A stretch of DNA of 64,000 bases, from the NCBI GenBank assembly GCA_964016885.1, contig OZ024740.1, positions 86,366,001-86,430,000 of the forward strand. The letters are read 5' to 3'. The stretch comes from Eledone cirrhosa. Taxonomy: Eukaryota. Below are positions 54,802 through 64,000 of the stretch, piece after piece. A program made the position numbers and the translations under genes. Under the pieces are notes generated by a model. The model was not told the origin of the DNA. It did no database searches and saw only the letters and a list, made by a program, of their open reading frames with translations. The stretch's first letter is position 1, and each line of letters opens with the position of its first letter.

Positions 54802-55410
54802 CATGGCGGCTGCCAACTCGTTTTCGAGTACGGCCACTACTTTATATCCATGTAGGAGAACCCCTGCCGATGCGCTGAACGAGTGTGACTTTTTAGTCCA
54901 GCCAGCGACTTGAAAACTCTGGTACAAACACTACACTTGTGACAATTATTGACACATAGTGCTGGGCACATGGTACCATGTGACGACAAGTGCAGAGAGA
55001 TCTCCAGATATAAAGCAATTCCTGTGCCGTGACGCTTTCATAGTGAGCAAAGGCACTGCACAAAGCCAGTTCCACCCTCTTAACCAAGATGATATTTACC
55101 AAAAAGAAGAACAAGTCAACATCATTGGATACCATCAGCGTTGCAGGTGTTATATCAGAGTTTTCCTTCTCCTAGAAATCTGCCTTGACAAAGGCTAAGG
55201 GGTCATCTCTCCCGGTGATTTTGGATGGCCATTGACTCTTAAGAGCCCCTTTGCCCTTTTGACAGGTTTTGTTTTTAGTCCTGCAGGATGTCCAAGTCCC
55301 CCTCCTCACCAAGAAACCTTGGTGGGGTTGCCAGTTTAGTCGCCAACGACCCGACCATGAGACGGGTTGTACTGGGATACATGTTACCAGTAGCACCAAC
55401 TGGTGACCTG
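54802..55410 (-). mobile_element. Internally deleted RTE family B element (5' leader + last C2H2 finger + 3' end)
   Basis: CTAGGAGAAGGAAAACTCTGA RTE leader motif; frame FKSLAGLKSHTRSAH resembles FRSLAGLKSHIR of the adjacent RTE; 3' end GGCCGTACTCGAAAACGAGTTGGCAGCCG; (CATA)n flanks. Confidence 0.8.
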
Positions 55411-55479
55411 ACATACATACATACATACATACATACATACATGCATACATACATACATACATACATACATACATACATA

Positions 55480-55632
55480 AATGATGATGGCTGCCCCCTC
55501 GTTATCGAGTATGGCCATTGCACGAGGAGAAATAAAAAAAAAATAATAATAATAAAAAAAATAATAAATAATAAATAAATAAAAAAAAATAAAAAAATAA
55601 ATATATATATATATATACATATATACATATAC

Positions 55633-55679
<47 letters not shown>

Positions 55680-58600
55680 TACATACATTAATAACAATAA
55701 TAATTATAATTATAATAACAACAATAATAATATACACATATATATACATACACACACATGCACACACACAAGCACCCCTCCCCCAACACACATACGATAG
55801 CAACTAACAGCGCTGCAATCGAATGTGGCTTTTTAGCCCAGCCAATGATCTAAAATGTCTTGCACAGAGTCGGCAACCAAAACATTTACTGGGAATAGTC
55901 GGCTGTGGTTGAAGTTCGTGTACTTTTGCATGTCGCTTGAGCCCTCCTGCTGATTTACATTCTCTACCACATGTTTGGCAAGCATGATGAGTAGCATCTC
56001 CAACAGCAGCCTGGTAGTCAACCGCTGGTCTTACTTTATGACTGCGAAGATGACTTTCGAGTCCAGCTTTGCTTAGGCAGAGTCTCGCACATACGCTGCA
56101 TGTCAGCACCATAGGAGGACCCTCGCCGTCTGGAAGTGCAACAGTGCTCACATCCCGCTTTACTTTCTCGTATGCGATTCGAGTTGCTTCAAAGACAACT
56201 TTTCCCTCATATACAGTCTTTCTCCATTTATTACGATCAGCAGCAATATTCTCCCATGTATCAGCAGAGATGTTAGCGTCTTTCAGAGACGCTTCCAAGG
56301 AATCCTTATACCTCTTTTTTGGTTTATGTGGCGGTCGTTTTCCTTTAACCAACTCTGGTATTCTAGAATCCTTCATCCTGGCAAGGTGACCACTCCAACG
56401 GAGTCATTGCTTAAGCACAAGAGCTTCTATACTGTCACACATAGAGCTTTCCAAAATCTCGACATCAGTGATGTGGTCCCTCCAGTGAACGCCATGGATC
56501 CGTCTGAGACACATCTGATGGAAACGCTCCAATTGCTTAAGGTGGTGTCGATATGTGACCCAGGTCTCGCAGGCATAAAGAAGACAAGAGAGCACACATG
56601 CCCTGTACACCTTTACCTTTGTCCTCCTGCATATGTCTCGCCGACCCCAGAGTCGCCTTTCTAGCTTTCCAAAAGCATCACTTGCTTTCCTAATCCTAAG
56701 TGAGATTTCACTGTCAAGGTTGCTGTATCGATTGTCAGTGCTTCCCAGGTAGACAAACTGATCAACCACTCCAAGTCGTTTGCCATACACATAGATGTTT
56801 GGTTCAGTGTACTGCTTACCAGGGGCAGGTTGGTACATGACGACGGTTTTCTTGAGACTGACAGTCAGACCTAGGGCAGTGCAAGCGTCAGAAAATGCAT
56901 TCAAAATGTGCTGCATATCACTCTCTGTGTGCGCTACAAGATCGCAATCATCTGCATACAAGAGGTCTCTTATGATTGATGTAAATACCTTTGTCTTCGC
57001 AGCAAAGCGCCTGATGTTAAATATGCTGCCTGAGGTTCGATATCGGATGTAAACACCATGCTCGCAAGCCTTGTTCCATGCACTTCTCCTGGAGCTGTCT
57101 AGCTGAGAAGATCATATCAGTAGTACCGCGTCCAGCACGAAAACCAGATTGACTTTCAGGAAGAACACAATCTGCAATGTGTGTCAGCAGACGGTCCAGA
57201 AGCACCCTACATAAAACTTTCCCTACGACAGAAAGCAATGATATACCTGTGTAGTTCCCACAATCGTTCCTGTTACCCTTTCCCTTGTACAAGACCACCA
57301 TTACTGCATCTCTCCAGTCCTCAGGTACGGATTCATTAGCCCATATCCTGCCAAACAAAGAGTGAAGATGTTGCAGGAGTCTCTCACCACCATATTGTAG
57401 GAGCTCAGCATGTATGCCATCCATACCTGGAGATCTTCCACTGTTCAGCTTCGAAATAGCCACTGCAACCTCCACAAGCGTCGGAGGTTCTGCGAGAGCT
57501 ACTTTCACAGGACTTTCTGGAATGAGATTGAGGAAATCTTCACTGACGACAGACGGCTGATTCAAAAGATCATCAAAGTGCTCTCGCCACCTTCGTAGAA
57601 TTCCTTGTGAGACACGAAGAAGTTCTTTGCCATCCTTGCTGCGAAGCGGTGTCACCAGAGAAGAAGACGGTCCATAAACCTCACGCAAGAGACTGTACAA
57701 CAGCTTTGTGTTATTGGAATCAGACGCAGTTTGTATCTCAACCGCCTTCTCACTCCACCACTGATCCTTCATCTGAGATAGACTACGCCTAACACGTGAT
57801 TTTACATCCCTGAGTTCCTCATACAACGTATTCCTCTCCTGTGGTTTTGCCGTCAAGTAGCGTGACAGAGCACGCCTATTATCAGCCAACAAGTCTTCTA
57901 TATGTACATCATTCTCATTAAACCAGTCCTGATGTTTCCTCTGCGCCAATCCCAGAACACGCCTGCCTACATCATAAACCGACTTTTTAAGGGTCGGCCA
58001 ATCCTCACCAAGATCTGAAGCCTGCATCTCTTCTTCCAATGTCCTCTTCACATTTTTATCCTTAAGACGAGCAGCATTCAATCTTTTGGGCAGGGCAACA
58101 CCAGGAGCCCGGATTTTACGTTTAGTGATTAGTTTCACTTTTGCGCGTACCAGGCGGTGGTCCGTCCAGCACTCAGCTCCACGAAGAACACGAACACACT
58201 GCACATCCTGCCTGTCACGCATCCTGACTAGGACGTAGTCCAAAAGTTGCCATTCCTTAGATGCAGGATGCATCCATGTGGTCTTGAATTTGTTCTTTTG
58301 TTGGAACATGGTGTTGGTAACACACAGATCCAGCTCCTCACACATCTACAGCAGGAGCATACCATTGCTGTTACACTTTCCCACCCCATGCCTTCTGATT
58401 ACATTCCATGTGTTAAAATCCCTACCCACTCTAGCATTAAAGTCACCAAGCACGATGACTTTGTCTGCCTGAGGGATATTTCTTAAAACACCTTTCAAGG
58501 CATGGTAAAAGGACACCTTTTCCTCATCGACAGAACTCTTAGTTGGAGCATACACACTCACCAGGGTAGCATATCTTCCCTTGTCCAGCGGAACTCTCAT

Positions 58601-59087
58601 GGACATAAGACGCTCACTAATCCCTACTTGGAATTCTTCTAATTTGTTCACCAATACTGTCTTAACAGCAAAACCTACCCCAGCCTCTCTTCTGGTTCCT
58701 TCACCTCTTCCTTTCCAGAAGAATTTATATTCTCCACAAAATTCCGTAAGATAACCATCTCCAGCTAACCTCGTCTCAGATAAAGCCACGATGTCAAGAT
58801 CGTAACGTTGAAGCTCCTTTGCAACAAGAGCGGTCCTTCCTTCAGGACGCTCCAAGGAATCCCTGTCAAGCAGCGTCCGTACGTTCCAGCAGCCAAGACT
58901 AAATGCCTTGTTTGGCTCTATTACAATGGCACGATGACGAGCGGGCCCAGGCTGTGATAACCTGGGGCCCCTGCCCTTATTGCCAATGATCTTTTTTGTT
59001 CCAGAACCTAAATTGCCAATTATCTCTTTTATATTGTTCTGGAACATCATTGAATTAAAAAAAAAAAAAAAAAAAAAAGTAATAATA

Positions 59088-59126
<39 letters not shown>

Positions 59127-59434
59127 GTACACTATTAATAATTATTAATGCACTCGTGCAATGCCTGTGCGTGACGAATATTTTTAAAGTGAGGAAAGAC
59201 TGTGCACTGAGCCAATCCCACTCTCTGAGCGACAGTAGCTATAACCCGAAAAGAAGAAAAGATCAACATCATCGGTAACTACTGAGCCGCAGGTTTTATG
59301 TCGGAGTTAACCCAGTTTCCTGAGATGCCTTCTCCTAGAAGAATACTCTGACAAGGGCTAGGAGTTCTTCACTCCCAGTGGTTTAACTGCGCGATCGGGC
59401 ATCCAGCCCGATTATTTCTATGTCCCCGCGCGCA
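55480..59434 (-). mobile_element. RTE-clade LINE: leader, APE-RT ORF (59050-55804) with nonsense codon, RT deletion and three C-terminal C2H2 fingers, 3' UTR
   Basis: GCWNVRTL, ALSETRL, GVGF, SVYAPT, LGDFNARVG, WMHP, LDY, TDH, SPGMDG, GISLLS, QSGFR, YADD, YLGS, LYACETW, LRW.GHL.RM; stop at 58346; RT core missing near 57065. Confidence 0.93.
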
Positions 59435-59485
59435 AAAAACAACAAAAAAAACATACATACATACATACACACACACACGCACACA

Positions 59486-59568
<83 letters not shown>

Positions 59569-61888
59569 CAGAAAATGTTCACACTTTTCGAAAGAATCAA
59601 TTATATCTTTCGTAGGCGAATATCGGACAAATGAATTTCTAGCTTGCATTCATGTTCGTTTCGAATTTAAATTAAGTGAAAATTGAAAATAAATTAACAA
59701 TTTTCTGAGGAAATTATTTCATGAATTATATATAGATTATATAAAACCAGAGGATTTTTTTTTCTTTAAGCTGTTTACGGTGGAATTTAATACACCCGGG
59801 TCGGATCGAATTTAGATTGTGAAGACATTATTCAAATAAACAGACAGGCAGTGACATTTATTTTTTAATAACATTTTATTTATTTCTGAATGTTCATATT
59901 AATATTTTAAGGTTTGAGTTCAGATCTCGTCTGTCTAGAATCTAGACTCTAGATTGATTTGGCTTTACATTTTCTCTGTGTCGATAAAATGTTATACTCA
60001 ATCGACTCCTCCACATCGTTTACCAACTTGTTTGGCAACTACTTTACAGTGTGTACTCAGTGTATTTTATTATAGCATAAATATTAAAGAGGTTGCGATC
60101 TCCTAAACATGACTAAAGGAGCTTCTCATCCTTATATTGTCTCTATTTCCTCATCAATCTCTTTCCAAAGTCTAAAATCTGTCTCGAGCTCGGAGGCTCC
60201 TCAGGTTGGTGCTTACCCCCTTTTCCGTGGCATGAAGCGACTCAGAGTACAAGACACCTCCATCCCCTGGGCAGGATGCCAATTGATCGCAAGTTAAATT
60301 CCAAGTTATTGCTGGTATTCATTTTCAGCTGTGTATACTGGAGCAATGTGAATGGAACTCATGTCATTATGAGTGCAAGTCCAAGACCCTAACCACTAGG
60401 CTATGTGCCTCAACCGTTACAAAGTGGTTGGCGAATAAACGGGTAGGTGTGTATATGAAATGTTTGTAGCTGTTCGTCTGTATGAGACAGAAAATTTTAG
60501 TTAAGATTATTTCTAAACTGGTGTAAATTGTTTCTACTCTTTCAACAAAAGACCACAAATGTCAGAACCGCTATTTTAGATCCTATAATACTGGTCGATT
60601 TTTGTGGATGGTCTGCATCGCTAGAGCGTTGTCAAAAATACTTTGTGGTATATAGCTACGGCTTTCTACGTTCTGAATTCAAATCTCGCCGAGTTCAAGT
60701 TTGACTTTCATCCTTGCAAAGTCGATAAAATAATGTATAATCTACGTATTGGGACCAATATAATCAAATTTCTCCCTCGCCTAAATGACTGTCCTTCCCA
60801 TCATATTTTCAGAAAATATGTCTATAAAGATGATTGGAATGGACCTATCAGAAGAATGAGTTAAAAAAGAAATAACTACTCGCCATTGTAAACTGACCAA
60901 TTTCAAAAGGTCCCGCTACGTTTAATATTACTAACAAACAAGCTGAGAGTTGGATGATGTAAAATGTTTCTTGTACATTAATAAATATATTTACTACTGG
61001 AATGATAGTTCAAAGGCTCAAATGCAAAACAGGAAAATAACATTTTTTTAATCTGAATTCATAAGTAGAACCACATTATCCAATGGATTCTTCCAATTTA
61101 AAGATAATATATGGACCAGCCTAACTTTTAACTCTATCTCCTTCGATGAATCGAGGTGCTGAAGTTTTCAGAAACAGCGATTGACCCGCCACTGAGCGTT
61201 CAATTGTTCGATCAACTGAACGTCTATTCGTTAACTTAATGTGAAAGTGGTTGAGTATTCTATAGACATATACACCCTGAACATAAGTTCTCACTCGGAA
61301 AAATGTGATGCGATGGAACAAGGCTAGATCATGAAGTTGCAAGCACAAATGTTTCCGAATGGCTTTCAAGCAGTTTTAATCTACCGAATTTTACTCACAA
61401 TGATTGAGGCTATGGTAACAGATAGTATCAAACCCTATATCTCATGATTACAAAGTGAACTTCATAACTACTCATATATACTTGAATCCATCGAGAAATA
61501 ATAGTATGCTGAAAAATAACATCACAGTATCATCAGAAATATAACACTGATATAAGCCCAAAAGGAATTTGACTTCCTACCTTTAACCTCGGCGTTTAAA
61601 TTCCGCCACAATCCACTTGGTGTTTTTTTTCGATTCAGGGTTAATGAACGTCAAATACTGAAGGTTATTCATTCGTCTTGTAGCAAACAAAATTATTATT
61701 TGTTGTTATTACACGCAACTTGTGAGAAATGAATAAAATATGTGCCACTGTGCATAGCACGAAGATTCGGGTATGATGAAACTGCGATGCGATTTCACCC
61801 TAGCCTGAATTTATTTCCGTTATCTTACGTTATAGTGGACTTAACATACACACATCTCAATTTATATTCCTTTGAATATATATTTATA

Positions 61889-61954
<66 letters not shown>

Positions 61955-62246
61955 TCTTAAATCGATCGACTTTCATCAAATCGGACCGAGGAAACAATGT
62001 TTCCGTTGGTCTTTCCAATTGGTAATACTATCTATCGGTCGCAACTCCAGGTAGAAGGAGCAACGTTAAATAAAGTGTCTTGCTCAAGGATATAACGCAT
62101 CGCCTGGTCCAGGAATCGAACTCACAACCTCACGATTGTGAAAAAATAAGACTCCAGTTGCATTTTCGATTTCATCTTTTTTTCTTTATACTTTCACTCG
62201 TGTAGGACACCTCGGTTATTTTTCATTTTGTAAAAAAAAACCTCAC

Positions 62247-62325
<79 letters not shown>

Positions 62326-62565
62326 CATACATTATATATATATATATATATCATATATAAATGTTGCGAAGCAGATTTAGAATCTGTCCGGGCATCACGG
62401 CCATTGCCAATATAGGTTTGTTATTTTTATTGATGTATTACTTTAAATCGAGATAGGCAAACCATATTACTTTAAATTAGCATTTTTCAACCTAGCTAAC
62501 TGGGTCATTTGCAATTCGAACACATGTATACTTGTATCGGTGTTCATCCCTCTCATAGATTCATT

Positions 62566-63333
<768 letters not shown>

Positions 63334-63488
63334 ATATAACTGCTCTGTAGAACAACTGATGTTATTACATTGAGCTATTTATCTTACTGGTAATAAGGTA
63401 GTAATAAATTACTGACCTTCACTGTTTAAGGTTTAAAATATACATAACTATAAAAAGTTTAAAATATACATAACCATAAATAGTATCC

Positions 63489-63569
<81 letters not shown>

Positions 63570-63869
63570 TATAAAGTAAAGCATGTCCATAGAATTATTT
63601 GATAATATATATACATCATTTCTTCTCCCAATTAGCATAATTAACCACACAAAAAATCAATTAGACCAGGCTATAAGATTAAAAGGCACCTATGAAGAAA
63701 CAGTAAATAAATATACGATAGCAGCGTCTTCGCGGCCAACCGCTATAGAATATCTACCCAACATTTCAACGGCACATGGAAATTAATTATATATACGGTC
63801 AACCATACACAATTAGGTTAAAATTAAAGTTAGAAATGCTTATATACATACCAGGATTAAATCACTAAA

Positions 63870-63946
63870 TCCCGACCCATGGGTTTCGTTCTCATTTTGA
63901 GATATCCTATTAAGGATAAATCTCGAGTTTCGAACTCTTCAGGGGA
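63870..63946 (-). ncRNA. Type I hammerhead ribozyme in a probable pLTR running off the window end
   Basis: TCCC-CTGAAGA-GTTC-[hairpin insert]-GAAC-GAAA-CCCATGGG-TC-GGGA. Confidence 0.88.
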
Positions 63947-64000
63947 CAAACTCGCCAGGACAGATTTTTTTCTCAAGTGGCCCCCGCCAAAGACGAATTC

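Noticed and set aside
55804-56376. Stand-alone host C2H2 zinc-finger gene
   Set aside because: Contiguous with the RTE ORF C-terminus

Overview
AT-rich, microsatellite-saturated eukaryotic DNA. The SINE, LINE and microsatellite repertoire suggests an octopod cephalopod (inference). No intact host gene is visible. The window is dominated by retroelements: two Penelope-like elements (PLEs; RT + GIY-YIG, both with inverted 5' copies of their pseudo-LTR), a near-complete Tx1/L1-clade LINE in (ATCT)n, two tandem R4/Dong-type RLE LINEs and several RTE-family elements in (CATA)n, decayed CR1, RTE-like and mariner fragments, MITEs and many tRNA-derived SINEs. Standout observation: many non-coding foldback repeats lying in (TA)n tracts carry minimal type I hammerhead ribozymes from at least seven unrelated sequence families. 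One family is a 430-bp head-to-tail monomer with an intact core and co-varying stem I, i.e. a candidate octopus non-LTR retrozyme / non-autonomous PLE system. Several hammerheads have variant cores (CUGAGA, CCGAAGA, CAGUUGA). The RTE has three C-terminal C2H2 fingers and complementary 5'/3' UTR sequences that are retained in its ORF-less derivatives. Possible remnants of a decayed minus-strand mucin-like gene are reported at low confidence. All structures were read by eye; no searches or folding programs were run.
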